NCBI RefSeq assembly: GCF_037042905.1
Contig: NC_087251.1
Coordinates: 25,484,001-25,548,000, forward strand
Length of the DNA: 64,000 nt
Reading direction: 5' to 3'
Source of the DNA: Lytechinus pictus
Lineage: Eukaryota
The position numbers were made by a program, and so were the translations under genes. The notes beneath the pieces were generated by a model. That model saw only the letters and a list, made by a program, of their open reading frames with translations. It did not search any database and had not been told where the DNA came from. Positions 1 to 13,209 of this stretch are shown here, in pieces; position 1 is the stretch's first letter; every line of letters starts with the position of its first letter.

Positions 1-300
1 CAGAAATTCACATTAAAAACTCAATAAAAAAATAGATAAACCAAACACATGGAAATTTCATCAAAATTGGACAAGGAATAAGAAAGTTATGACATCATAA
101 GTTTTGCATTATTTCGTTGAAATAATATGCATGTCTTCCTGAATGTACAATGATGATGTCATATCCTCACTTATTGTGTTGTATTTTATTAAATGAAATC
201 ATATTTATTCGAATTTTTCTAACAAAGAATTAGAAATATTGGATTGACAACTGATTTAATGCATAAGATAGGCCTTACTAATTGGTGCATGAAACTTGTT
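1..300. mobile_element. Partial TTAA/Kolobok-type MITE
   Basis: Shares gaaatttcatcaaaat..gg..aataagaaagttatgacat and internal segments with the copies at 4665, 16308 and 38004. Confidence 0.6.
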
Positions 301-972
301 CTTAGTGAAAATTCGATTTCTTTTATTTTTTCTTTTTTTAGAAGGCCATATACCTGACGGTTATGTTTTTACATTTTTTGCCCATTTATTGATGAAAAGT
401 GATTTCATACCCGCTGCCTCCTCCTCTTTTTTTCCCCACTATACCAGTACAATGATGACCATTATCATGATTATGCACCGGAATGTCGACAGACACTTAG
501 AGGATATACCGAAACTTAAGAGCGGCTTTAAGACATTTTATTAAGGGTGTAAGGGGTTGGGCTGGGAATCAGGGCAGTTGGCTGTTATGTCACAGTCACA
601 TCCCCTCCAAATCAATGGTCATTCGAACGGTGTAATTTGATTGGCCTGAGATCGGTTGAAGTGGCTAAAAACAGAGGGACACCTCGTTCAGCCTGATGTG
701 TTTATGTCTGACCTCGATTTATTATCCAACGAGCCCTGTTACTTGCTGAAGTAAATGTTAGCAATATTTCTGATGCGGAACGTAAAGAGGAGAATAATAC
801 ACAAAGTGCACTCATCAGAAAGGAGTCAAAGGACTCACAAATTTCAAATTGGTTGCCATGATGACAATCGTGACAACAGGGCGTCGTCAAGATTAGAGAG
901 AACAAAATTGAAGCTAATCGTAAATCATTTACTTTGTGACCATTACATAACTATCATTCCTTCCGTTAAGTC

Positions 973-1139
973 TAATACCATGGATACATTTGTTCTACGG
1001 CGGCCGTATGGCGAGTCGAAAACAGCCGTTTTTACATTTTTTTTCCAACTACTTATAGGTGGTTTGAATCAAAATTAATAAAACGGCTGTTTTCGTCTCG
1101 CCGTACGGCCGCCGTAGAGCAAATGTGACCAAGGTATTA
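973..1139. mobile_element. Palindromic MITE, Harbinger-like
   Basis: About 60-bp inverted arms (taatacc...ctacggcggccgta.ggcgag.cgaaaacagccgtttt and its reverse complement) with TAA/TTA ends. Confidence 0.75.
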
Positions 1140-1720
1140 TATTTGCCTATAATGTATTCATTGATGTATTCTCCTTTATTGGTCTGTGTGCGCACTTTTC
1201 TTGCCACTTTCACTTATTTATTGTATGGCCCTCAAATATCACTAGTACTATAAATGAAAAAAAAGTAGATAAAGAAAAATGTTTATATTGATCAGATTTT
1301 ACAGAAATTTAGTTTCGGAATTCATATTATAATGAGGTTCTACGAGTAGACGGGTCAATATATGGTTTGATCCTGAACAAATTGCAACAAAAGGTTTTCC
1401 AACTGTTTCTGGTAGTATTTGACCTCAGGAATAACATACCGAAATCCAGGAAAGTGGTTATTTTCAAGATGGCGTACAATATGGCCGCCATATACACTGA
1501 AAATGGATATTAATCACTCATTATTCACCCTGATGTCTAAACGTTGGTTTCAAAAGTCAGAAAAATTAGTTACAACAGTGTACAAGGACAGTTAGTGGTA
1601 CAGTATGTCGAAAAATTCGAGATGGCTTCCAAAAATCGGAGTCTAAAATGACTGCCGTTACTTAAAATGGACATAGTTCATTTAAAATCCACCAAGCAGA
1701 TATGATTTTAGGTGACCACA

Positions 1721-3222
1721 CACTGGCGTAAATCACGGGGGGGGGGGGGATGGGGGGATATATCCCCCCCACACTTTTCGAGGAGGAGGGGATGGCCTGT
1801 ACAAACATCCCCCCACTTTTTACGAAAGAAATGAAAAAAAATCACAAGAGATAATTGTTTTATTGGTGAAAATTTTTCCTAAAATACCGCTTAACAAATA
1901 AAACAATATTATTAAATCATAAAATGCAAATAAAGAGCCATTTCACCATTCCCAAACGAAATACTTATGTCCTTATTATAACATTGAAGAGAAACCCCTG
2001 TTTCTTCCAATTCATCAATGTTGGGGTCTTTGGGAAGGGATTAAGATGGAATGTCAATTTTTTTTAATGTAATCTCTAATAAAACCATTAAACCACCATG
2101 AGGTAAAAAAAGATAATAATATTGGAGGGGTATTTGCCATATGGACATACAGTGGCGTAACTACGGGGGGCATGGGGGGCACATCCACCCCCCCCCCCCC
2201 CCCATCGGCTGACACAAAAAAAAACGGGGAAAGGGGGAAAGGAGAAAAAAGGGAGAAAGGAAGAGAAACGTAGTGGGAAAGAAGAAAATATTATTCATTA
2301 TAATGTTATATTATATTATAATTATGTTATGTTACATTACAACTTTATGAAACATAATTTGCCCAGGGCCTACGTCTTTTTTATTGTTCCTGGTGCTCGC
2401 ATTGTCTGTTTAACGAGATATATAATCCTGTTGTACTAAAACATCCCGTTTTCAAGTCAATATAAACCAAATATATTTCCTAGCACTTGAGTTATCATTG
2501 TTTAATGTAGTGACATATGCTTCTTTTTCATGACTCAAAAGTGATTGCCCCATGTTAAGGTCTTCGTATATATGAAACATTTCCTGTCCGTGATTACCTT
2601 CGCATTAGTGGATTGGTGAGATATGTCTGCTCTTCATGAATTCCTAAAATCAGTCCTTAAAATGTCCCTTCTTCTGATCTGAATATCAAAAATTTTCAGC
2701 TCGCGCTTCGCGCTCGCATCATTTGGTTAATGAAATACGTATGGTCCTAGTTAATTCCTACAAAGAAACCTTAGAACGCCCAACTTCAGGTCTGAATTAT
2801 CTAAGTTTTCAGCTCGCGCTTCGCGCACGCATTGTTTAGCGAGACAGGTACCTATCATGATTACACAAATTTGATTATATTGTCCCTTTTTAGGTGTGAA
2901 TATAAAAAAATTTCAGCTCGCGCTTCGCGCTCGCATTATTTGATCAGTGAGATACATATCCGTTTAATGACATTGTCCTTAAAATGTCTCTATTAGGTCA
3001 GTATAGCTGGCAACTTAGCGCGATTCGCGCGCTCACTAGCGCACTCACTTACTGATTCAAAAATTTTGCTGGTGCCCCCCCCACCTCCCCAATGCCGTGA
3101 CCCAATACGCCACTGTGGACATATCAATGACAATTCCTTGCATATCTAAAAACATGATTGCAAAAAAATGCCAAAATATTTCAGTCATCCCCCCCACCCA
3201 TCAACACGGATTTACGCCAGTG
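1721..3222. mobile_element. Non-autonomous TIR element containing a nested insertion
   Basis: TIR cactggcgtaaatc / gatttacgccagtg; CCACA repeated on both flanks. Confidence 0.8.
2150..3115. mobile_element. hAT-type non-autonomous element
   Basis: TIR cagtggcgta / tacgccactg; perfect 8-bp TSD TGGACATA; internal gctcgcgcttcgcgctcgc repeats. Confidence 0.9.
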
Positions 3223-3589
3223 CCACACTATGTTTCATGGTTGAAATAATACACTTGAACTGGTAAGAATGATATGCAGTCGTCCATTTTGCATAAGAAT
3301 CCAAGAGGGTTTTCAAAATGGCATCTAAAACGACTCATATCACTCAGTAATGGTCAGAGTTCATGCAATATCAATCTTTGAGAAATAATTTTGGTGTCTA
3401 CACTGTCATGACTGTGGTATGAAGGGTCAAATAAAACATTCGTACAAGTAACAAGGATGGTTAGTTTTCCATTTTGTCCAAAAATCCAAGGTAAATTCTA
3501 ATCTAAATGGGTGCTGTTACCAACTCATGAAACAATAATAACAAATCCCCATGCATTTAAGTGTAGGCACCAAAGCTATTTCTCACAGG

Positions 3590-5735
3590 TGGATATTATA
3601 TGAACTGTCCACTTTTAAGTGGCAGCAGTCATTTTAGAACCCATTTTTTTGGACCAACTTGGATTTTAAGGCAAAATGGATAACTGCATATCATTGTAAC
3701 CAGTCCAAAAGTCTTTTTGACCCTTGAAACCCAAGTGCAGACACTAAAATAATATCCCCAGGTGTACTTTTAATGTTCTATATATATCCGCTTTTAAGTA
3801 ACAGCAGTCATGCAGACATTATTTTTAAAAGCCTTTGGATTTTTGGACATACTTGACACCTGACTGTCCTTTCAACTTGACCTAATTAAGTATCATTTGA
3901 CCCTTTAAACTCTAGTGTAGACACCAAAATCATATTCCCAAGGTGTTTCTCTAATAAACTATATGTCTACTTCTAAGTAACAACAGTCAATTTAGCTCCA
4001 ATTTCGGGAAGCTATCTTGGATTTTATAACATGCCATACCACTGGCTGTTCTTGTAACTTGCCCTAGTGCATTACTTGACCCTATTTAAACCATAAATGG
4101 TTTAGCCCAAACTCATATCCCCCAACAAACATTGAACAAAAACTATGTCCATTTATTATTCCAATTTTGGAAGCCATCTTGGAATTTTGGACATACCAGA
4201 TCACTGCCTGTCCTTATAACTTGTCCTTATATATTATTTTACCCTTGAAACCAATGGCTTATTTAGACACCAAATTCACATCTCTCGGGCCCACAATGAA
4301 TGAGCCATGTTCGCTTTAAGTATCAGCAGCCATTTGAAGATCAATTTTTGGAAGCCATCTTGGATTTTTGGTCATACCAGACCGATGCACCGACACTCCT
4401 TGTAACTTATCCTAATATATAATTATTTGACCCTTGAAACCAGTGGTTTAGAAATCGAAATCACATTCTTCCAGGCCGATATTAAAATGAGCGATGCCCG
4501 CTTTTAGTATTAGCAGCCATTTTAAGATCAACTTTTGGAAGCCATCTTGAATTTTGGACACACCAGACCACTGACTGTAATTGTAACTTATCCTAATATA
4601 TTTTTTTACCCTTATCGAAATCACATCTCCCAGGCCGATATGAAATGAGCTATGTCCGCTTTAAAGGTCAAGTCCACCTCAGAAAAATGTTGATTTGAAT
4701 CAATAGAGAAAAATCAGACAAGCACAATGCTGAAAATTTCATCAAAATCGGATGTAAAATAAGAAAGTTATGACATTTCAAAGTTTCGCTTATTTTTAAC
4801 AAAATAGTTATATGAACGAGCCAGTTACATCCAATTGAGAGAGTCGATGATGTCACTCACTCACTATTTCTTTTGTTTTTTATTGTTTGAATTATACAAT
4901 ATTTCAATTTTTACGAATTTGACGATTAGGACCTCCTTGCCTGAACCACAAAATGTTAAAATAATGGAATTCCACGTGTTCAGGGAGGAATGAAACTTCA
5001 TTTCACATGACAATGACAAGAAAATCAAAATACAAAAGAAATAGTGAGTGAGTGATGTCATCAGTTCCCTCATTTGCATACTGACCGAGATGTGCATATA
5101 ACTGTTTTGTGAAATGAAGCGAAACTTAAAAATGTCATAACTTTCTTATTTTACATCCGATTTTGATGAATTTTTCAGTGTTATGCTTGTTGAATTTTTC
5201 TCTTTTTATTCAAATCAAGTTTTTGTTGGGGTGGACTTGTCCTTTAAGTATTAGCAGCCATTTCAGAATCAATTTTTGGAAGCCAGTGTGGATTTTATAC
5301 GAGACCACTGACTTCCTTATAACTTTTCTTACTGTATTATTTGACCCATTTAATCACGGTAATGACACAAAAATCACATTCCTGGATATAAAACGTATGC
5401 CAGGTTTTTTTAAAGTAGCAACAACAATTTTAGCCTCCATATTTGGAAGCCATCTTAGATTTTGAACATACCGGACCATGCACTGACTGCCCTTAATTGT
5501 AACTTGTCCCAATGTATTATTTGACCATTGAAACCATGGTCTTCACACCAAAATCATATCTCTCAGGTGGATATGAAATGAGCTTGTCCATTTGAAGTAT
5601 CAACGGCCATTTTAAACTCAATTTTTGGAAGCCATCTTGGATTTTTGGATCCACCAGTCCACTGCATGGCTGCCCTTGAAACCTGTCCCGCGATGTACTA
5701 CTTGAAGCTTGAAACCATGGAATAGAAACCAAATT
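3590..5735. repeat. Tandem array with a unit of about 180 bp, probably the interior of a foldback-type transposon
   Basis: Recurrent ttttggaagccatcttggatttt...cttgtaacttg...tttgacccttgaaacc; the same unit occurs inverted at about 1450-1700 and 3230-3520. Confidence 0.8.
4665..5243. mobile_element. Kolobok-type (TTAA TSD) MITE
   Basis: TTAA|aggtcaagtccacc ... ggtggacttgtcct|TTAA with long imperfect inverted arms; interrupts one satellite unit. Confidence 0.9.
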
Positions 5736-8259
5736 AAAGCCGCTGAAGTATGAATTGTGGAGTTTTAGCCTATGGCAGCCATTTTGGGGGCAAGAGCCAA
5801 AAAATTCCCGGTCATATCATGGTATGAACAGGCGTAATGGTGTAATGAGGCGACAATTTTGAGAGGGCCAGATATTGCGTATCGGGCAGAATTTATCTTT
5901 AAAAAAAAAGTTGCGAGCGAGCGAGCAAAATTTTTGATATTTATAATACAAAAATCTAATTTTGTGATATCCAGAGAATAATATTTCACCCTTCTTTCTT
6001 TCCATTCCTTTTTTGTGGTCTGTACGCCACTTTGAACAGGATTCTTTGCGGCAGTAGCGTGAAGAGTAAAAAAAACAACAACGAGGGGCGCAGTATGCGC
6101 ATGTGCTAAAAAAGCTGAATATAAGTCCCGAGCGAAGCGAAGCAAGCGAGAAAAAAATCACATTTTCCTCGGGGAAAATGTGCCCCCCCCTTTTTTGGGG
6201 AAAATCTTGGATCCGCCCCTGGCCCTGTTTCCTTCCTCATCCATGGGGAAATTTCTGGGGAAATTTGATGTCTTTTCATTTTAATTTTCTATTTTCCTGT
6301 GTGAGATACCATAATTTAAGTTGAGTACGTGCAATTCGCAAGATCGAGACCAAACAAACTTCTCCTGCGAAAATTGCCGTGAAATCCGGGCGTGAAATAT
6401 GGGGAAATAAGGTATGTCGACGATATTGTTTTGATTCTAAATAACTTCATATTATCGGTTCATTAGACTGTATAGACAAATACAAAAATTATGATTTTAT
6501 ATTCTTGGAAATTTGGAATGTTGTTGTTAATGCTTGTTGTTGGTATTGTGTGATTGCACTCATTCAATGAACAAGGTTATTATATTTATAATACCTTGTT
6601 CTAATCTATGTTTGTAATTGTATCTCCATGTGTGGCAAAATAAGGGTGGCAATGTTTGGCTTATTTTCTCTTTTTCTTTGGGACAAATGCTTGATTTTTT
6701 TCACACTGACAGTTTCCATTACACCTATTCATCATACAACTTGGCTCTTAAGTATATTTTATTCTTTAAATTATTTTTTTCTTAATTAAAAATAGAGATT
6801 GAAAAATAAAAAATTTCTTGCCATATTACTTTCAACCAATAGAGGGCGTACACAAAAATATGCCCCAAATTCAATTTTTTGAGTGCTCTGGTGAATACAA
6901 AAATTATTCCTAAGTTACTAATGAAAAATAAATTGCAACTGTATGGAAATTAGTAATTTTGGTCACAAAAGTGATATTTTAATGATTTTTAAAGTGTGTG
7001 CTCTGTACAGCATTGGCATACCATAGTTAGGCACGGCCGTAGTCACTAGATGGCGCTGTCGCGGAAGTGCTCCAGGGGGGTGAAACTCCGCTTCTGCATC
7101 CGGTCAGAATTGAAGAAAATTTTGGAGGGTCAAAAGTGCACACTGCTCCCATTTTTCGTATACAAGCCTATGGACACCGCCACTGTTTTGGTACACCAGC
7201 GAAATGAAGGCGTGGTCACGGAACGTCCTTCGCGCATAGCGTAAAAATATGTAAATTAGTATTTTGTCACTAATTAGCATAATGCGCGACCTGATTAATA
7301 ATCGTTTATGGTGTCTGTCAGTGATTACATCATGTCAGATCATTCGTTTTTTTCCTCCTCAGAGTTTTATTATTCATCTATTTTAATGATCTATTTGTTA
7401 TTGCTTGTTACGATTATTACTGCATCTTTGCTTTGTTTTAGCTGCAAATGGCCAGGATCTTTGCTAAAAAATATTACAGAGGAGGTTCCCAAAGAAAATG
7501 TTGCCATATACGATGACATCTCTTTAAGTTTCTGGAGCCCTTTTTTCTTTTTATTGCAGAAAACGAAATGAACCTCTTTTCATAATATAAACAAAGATAA
7601 TAACAAATCAAATTCTTTTCCATAATTGTAGTCTCCAATATAAGTCCTATTATGAATAGCAGTCCTCGGAGCACTTGATTTTAAATGGCGACTTCTATGT
7701 CAAACATCAATAATAATGACCTAGGTATATACCATATTTTAGGGGGGAGGGGGTTCTCAAAATTAAATAGGCAAGAGAGCAAACCGATCGTAGGCTATTT
7801 CTTTTTTATTTTCAACTGAAAATGAATCTGGTGTAATTTTCATTTGGAAAGAAAAAATACATTTTATATGCAGGTTTCAAAAATTTGGAGAAATAATTTG
7901 CCCCCCCCCCCCGTCATGAACAGTAAGGTCTTATGGTTGCTTCTTTCAAAACAAACTGAACTTTCACCCCCCCCCCCATCTCTCTCTCTTTCTGTCTGTC
8001 TCTCTCTCAGAAACTGACATAACTATATGCATACAAGCAAATAATCTCCTGTCATTTTACTTTCTTTCCCACTCTTATCCTTATTTTTCTTGAATAATAT
8101 TTTAATTGACTGCTGTTTGATCTCATGTAACAGTGGTTCATTTCACATTTCAGTACAGTGCAACATCTTGTGCCATTTGTGCATAACAGCTCAGAAGCAA
8201 TACATTATCACAATTAATTGATAAATGAAAATTACCAAGATAAAAAAATTCAATTCAAA

Positions 8260-10930
8260 ATTAACATGTTTATTAAGGAATCCATTTTCTAAAACATTGA
8301 CATTAACATAAAAATAATAATTAGCATCTACCAAGCATTAAATTGTATTTTAAAAAATGAAGGCAATGCATAGCTAAAAAGGGCTGTTACTGGGTAAGGG
8401 TAGTATGGGGTGGGTATATAAATGTACAAAAATAGGATTAAGTACATTTTTCTACATTGTACAATGTTTGTTAAAATTTCATTCAAAGGATCTCGATGAG
8501 CCTATAGTTAATATTCCATAAAAGAGCATAAAAACCTTTGATATTCGTTTATTTTCTTCCACAAAAGTTTATCACTAAAAAAAAATGGTAAATTCCTTTC
8601 AAATTTGCTGACAAGAAATAGTCTTCTGATGTGAGAGCACTCCTCATAAGGGGGGGGGGGGGGTGGGACACAATGCCAGAATCCTAAAGAGTGCCTTCCC
8701 CAATCAATACATTAGCGAATCATTAACAAAATTTGATTTGTCTACTGTCACTGTGCTTAGAATTCAATCTATTTTTGAAATATAGTCTATTTATATATTA
8801 TTGCAGTGGTAGCCCATTTCACATTTTTTTAAAATGAAGATAACAATAAATGCAACTTAATAACCCTACATAATTTATGAAGACTTGCAGTGGCGTACCG
8901 TGGGTCACGGCATCGGGGGGGCACCAGCAAAAATTTTGAGACCGTTTCATATCTCTTCTTGGCACTTATGTTGTGATACCAGTACTTAAACAGCTTAGGA
9001 AGTGGGAAACCTGCATGGTAAAAAAGAGAAAAGAACATAATAAGCTGTAAATTATTTTTACTCATCTAGTCCAGTTTAGTAAAAAAAAGATGTAAACTCT
9101 ATTTTATATCTTCAGTGATAAAACAAGTTTAGCACATGCAGTCACTTTCGTCCCACATCCAGATAAATTCATATATCAATATAACTATCTACAGTATGTT
9201 TTGAAAATAAAAAGTGAAAATTAATTCAAATATTTATCAGAATTTTGTGATAACTGTTAATATCTTGGGTTTTTTATGCAAATGCATGTATAGACAGGAG
9301 ATATGGATAATTAGTATGCAGTGTTAGAAATGGAAATACTGGTGAATCTGAATTCAAACAAATATTAACTCACAATGGAACTTTAACATTACATGATATC
9401 GCATCATGTTTCAGCACAATTGGCCATAGCCCACCCCCTCCCAAAAAAGGGGAAATATTCATTTTTTTTTTTTTTTGGGGGGGGGGTGATGAGCTTAGAT
9501 ACAGCCTGTATATTATCAAAACAGTAAGCATACCTTGCAATTTTTCCATTCAGATATCCTGTTCCTCATTAGATTGTAACTAACACTTGCTGATCGGCAT
9601 GGTTCTCAATTTTGTACTTCTGACTAGGTGTGAACTGCTAAGAACTTGGTCCCACTGGATCTGCAATTGACAATTTAAATTTGAGAGTTTTAGAGATAAT
9701 AAAATTACTCTTCTTAAACAATATTTTTGAAATTTCCAGCTGCCCATATCCCAGGTCTATGAATGAATATTCCAAACTAGAACAAAAAAGTTATCTGGAC
9801 CCGAAACTTCATTCTCTATCACATAGAGGCATAGGCCTACCTCACTCTGTTTATAAAAGTAAAATGATTCCAACCACATATTTCTACAGCTGTATATAGC
9901 TGAATCTGGTCTATGCTGGGCCTGTATAACTTAAGAATCACATCACATTTGAATGAAGTAAACACTAAGAACGTTTTCAAATTACCACCCCAGGCCGGAC
10001 CCAGGGTATCCTGTTCAAATAGACTTGATTTAGGTCTAGGGTAGGCTACGCCATTTCATTCAAATCTAAGACTAAGACAAGTAACACTTATAACATAACA
10101 GACATTAATGCTAAGTCAATCGTATTTCAACACTGATTATTCTGAAGTAAAGCGTTCCTGAATAAAAGAAACTGCTGAGAATTATACTTATTCATATGAA
10201 GATGAAATAGAGGGGACGGACTAGGCCTAAACTTCAACTTTCAAGCTTGAAGTTTGGGCCTAGTCCGTCCCCGCTATTTTCATACCCCATGACTACATCG
10301 ACAATCTCGCTCGGCTAGCACCGGCGATATCAAAGGCCGGATCCCGCTCTGACCATATCCCTACATTGACCTAAATTTGAATAGGCCTAAAATCGACAGT
10401 TTGTCGTTACTAAAAAACAGGAGGTCGGAAACAAGTCCACATCTACCCCTGATAATTGTCTAATCACAATAAAACTGAAATAAAGGTTTACTTTGGACCT
10501 ACATGAAGCATTCCGATGAATGTCTAGATCTACGACAAACTATAGACCCCTAGACCCTAGTCCTAGATATAGTATTTTTGAGAAACTCAATGATCACACT
10601 TATTTGGAAGTCAGGCAAAAGAAATATTGAAATTGAGGTTTACATACGGTAGTGCGTAATACAGGATGAGCCCCGAACCCCGGCAAACACATTACAATTT
10701 GCAAGTGAGATCAAAACATGAAAATGAGCGTAACTTACTTTTATTCCTATGGAATGTCATTAGAATAGTATTGATGTTCCCTCCAAGATTTTCCGCTCCA
10801 ATGAAGTTCACTCAGAAACCATGATTTCGAACATCAATTCTATAAACAGATAATTAGTCTAGCTATTTCGTTTCAGAAACTTCAAATTCGCAGAGTCCAA
10901 AAGAACGACACTTCGCACAGATATCGTAGG
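8260..10930 (-). ncRNA. Putative spliced lncRNA divergent from EGLN1-like (exons about 10930-10739, 9660-9534, 9010 to about 8260)
   Basis: Minus-strand GTAAGT donor, ttgcag acceptor, AG|GTATGC donor, strong polypyrimidine acceptor at 9011-9036, AATAAA at 8269-8274; no long ORF seen across the spliced junctions. Confidence 0.4.
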
Positions 10931-11750
10931 GAATTGTGGGACGGAAAAAAATGTTTAATGCATGAGTACATGAATAAAACATTAGCGTTTAATCCAATCA
11001 TACAAGTGCATTATGCGTATTTTGACGTCATTCTCATGAATAAAACATTGACCCTCCAAAATCATCCTTCAAATTGTCCGCCGGCAGCCATGTTGGCTAT
11101 GTACAAAACCTATGGGAAATAAAAACGCGCGGAAAGAGTTCCCTCTCTAGCTCCCTTCGGGAGCTTATACGTAAGATCGTATCTCTGTGAAGTGCTCAAA
11201 ATTTGTACGCAAGCTTCGTTCGCATGTCAATCATTGCAATCGCATAGCGATGCGATATCGTCAAAATTAAGCCCCTGTTAGCGCGGATGTGTATGATATT
11301 TTCTCTTTGTGATTGTCCTCCCGTGCGATGAAAAATATGTCATCGTATTGCACAGGACTTTCGCGAGCTACCGATACCATTTTCGTGCCCCAAATTCCAT
11401 GAAATCTTCCGAAAATAAACATGAAAGTGTCGGTAAGTCGAAAATGTCTTGAGTTGCTTTCAATTCTTACCTTATTTAGTTGTATTTCTTGTAAAATGGG
11501 TCTCGAAGGGTTCCGGATTTTCCGTTGATTGTGAAACTTGAGTTGATTTCCTTTCTGTGTATTGCAGTGAAATTGCAGCGCGGGGAATCGCAAGGGCTGG
11601 GGAAGCCCTTCTCAGTGAGGTTTGCAAGCTGAGCTGTCCTTGAATTTGGTCGAATTTCGAGCCATTTTAATCGCGCGCGGGATGATTAATTTACATCATA
11701 ATAGAGATTAAGATTACGTCACGTACGTGCGTACCTGTGATAGACACAGA
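10880..11750. promoter_or_regulatory. CpG-rich, probably bidirectional promoter and first-exon region of the EGLN1-like gene
   Basis: Local CpG enrichment between CpG-poor flanks; CCAAT 10994-10998; CRE TGACGTCA 11023-11030; plus-strand donor CG|GTAAGT at 11433; minus-strand donor (acttac) at 10733-10738. Confidence 0.6.
11714..11749. promoter_or_regulatory. Double palindromic hypoxia-response element (CACGTACGTG) with overlapping TTACGTCA and downstream CACAG
   Basis: TACGTG on both strands within 11720-11729; located at the putative 5' end of a gene family known to be HIF-induced. Confidence 0.55.
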
Positions 11751-12967
11751 AATGAAATTGAACTTGAATCACACGGAATCACAGTCAAGAAATGCTTTGT
11801 TTTCTTCGTTTGCTGAATGATTTCCTGAATTTAAAATCATGAATAAACACCAGAGTAATGACATGAATAAGATAATCATGGTCATATTTGAGAAATAACT
11901 AAATATTTTCTGAAAACGAGTGAAGACGATGGGGTATTGATGTGCATGCACTGGAAAATGAACATTCACTGTCAGTGTCAGTGCCGTGGTGTCAGTGTTT
12001 TACTGCCAATACTGGCTTTACTTTTGCACTGGTTTTTCTTTTGCCAACTACCGGTACTAGATTAAAAACTCATTTATTGATATGTTTATTGCAATTTTTG
12101 AATAAATGGTAATACAAAGTGGGAAAAAAAAGATAAATGAAGATAAAAATAATTTTGACTAAAAACTTGTCATGCCATCACCCCCCCCCCTAAAAAAAAT
12201 ACCCACTATCTTGAATGACTCAGGTAATTTAATTTGTATTGAAAAAAATAAACAATTGTATTTATGCATTTTATATTTCTGATTCTTTCTGCCAGAATAC
12301 CAGATGCCATCATGAATAACCTCACCACCAGGTTGAACTCCTAAACATCTTGATGATGACTATCTCCCGAGATATATCTTGCCTTCTTGAGATTGGAAGT
12401 TTTAAGTTCAAGTCAGAGCGACCTAAGGCCCTACTACCAAGAAGAATCCAGATTTACATTTAAAAAAATCCCACGAAAGATACAAACTGATTTTACTATT
12501 AATGTGTAGTGTGTGTGTGAGACACTGTTTGTGTTTATTTTGATGAGGATCTCCTGTCTCTTTTTATTATTTCATTGACTGAATGAATGATCAATACCTA
12601 AAAGTGAGAACTGATTTTTGAGGAGAGTAGATAAGTGTATGGTTTTGAGTGAATTTGAGTAACTTTTGTTTTTACCGGTACCGGTATTTTTTTCATCATT
12701 ATTATTATTTTGCCTTTTATTACATATTTTCAGTTTATTTAACATTAAGTTTAAGTAACCAAACTTGATCAAAGTGTTCAATTTTTGGGATAGAATTTTG
12801 TAATTTCATTTATCAGGTAATAAAACTGAGTTTGGTAAATCTAAAAAAGGACACTAAAAATATGAACACTTGGAGATGCTCACTAAGATGAGGAAAAAAC
12901 ATGAAAGGAACTGGAACTTAAGTGGATGTTATAGCATGCCTTTTGAAGATCTCCAAGCACCTGGAAT

Positions 12968-13209
12968 CATAGGCGGTGGAAGTGGGGGGGGGGGGACGTA
13001 TCCCACTAAATTTTAGGTGGGGAGGGGACGACCCCCCCCCTCAATTTTTTGTTGATAACCTTTTTTTTTTTTTTTTTTTTTTTGGCTTGTCAATTTTCAC
13101 TTGTTTCCTGTGTCCCCCCCCCCTAAGATTTTTGGTCACTATTTTTTTTTTTTTTTGTCAAAAAGTTTTGGCGGTTCCCCCCTAAAATTTTTGGCTTCCG
13201 CCGCCAATG
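12968..13209. mobile_element. hAT-type MITE
   Basis: TIR cataggcggtggaag / cttccgccgccaatg; TSD cctggaat/ccaggaat. Confidence 0.8.

Noticed and set aside
3590..5735. Regularly spaced repeats superficially like a CRISPR array
   Set aside because: Whole units are homologous with no unique spacers, the context is eukaryotic, and there are no cas genes
8888..8940. cagtggcgtaccgtgggtcacgg segment as a regulatory site
   Set aside because: Truncated terminus of the hAT family seen at 2150-3115
12296..12480. Possible extra exon after ttctttctgccag
   Set aside because: No convincing donor or ORF; cannot be supported without transcript data
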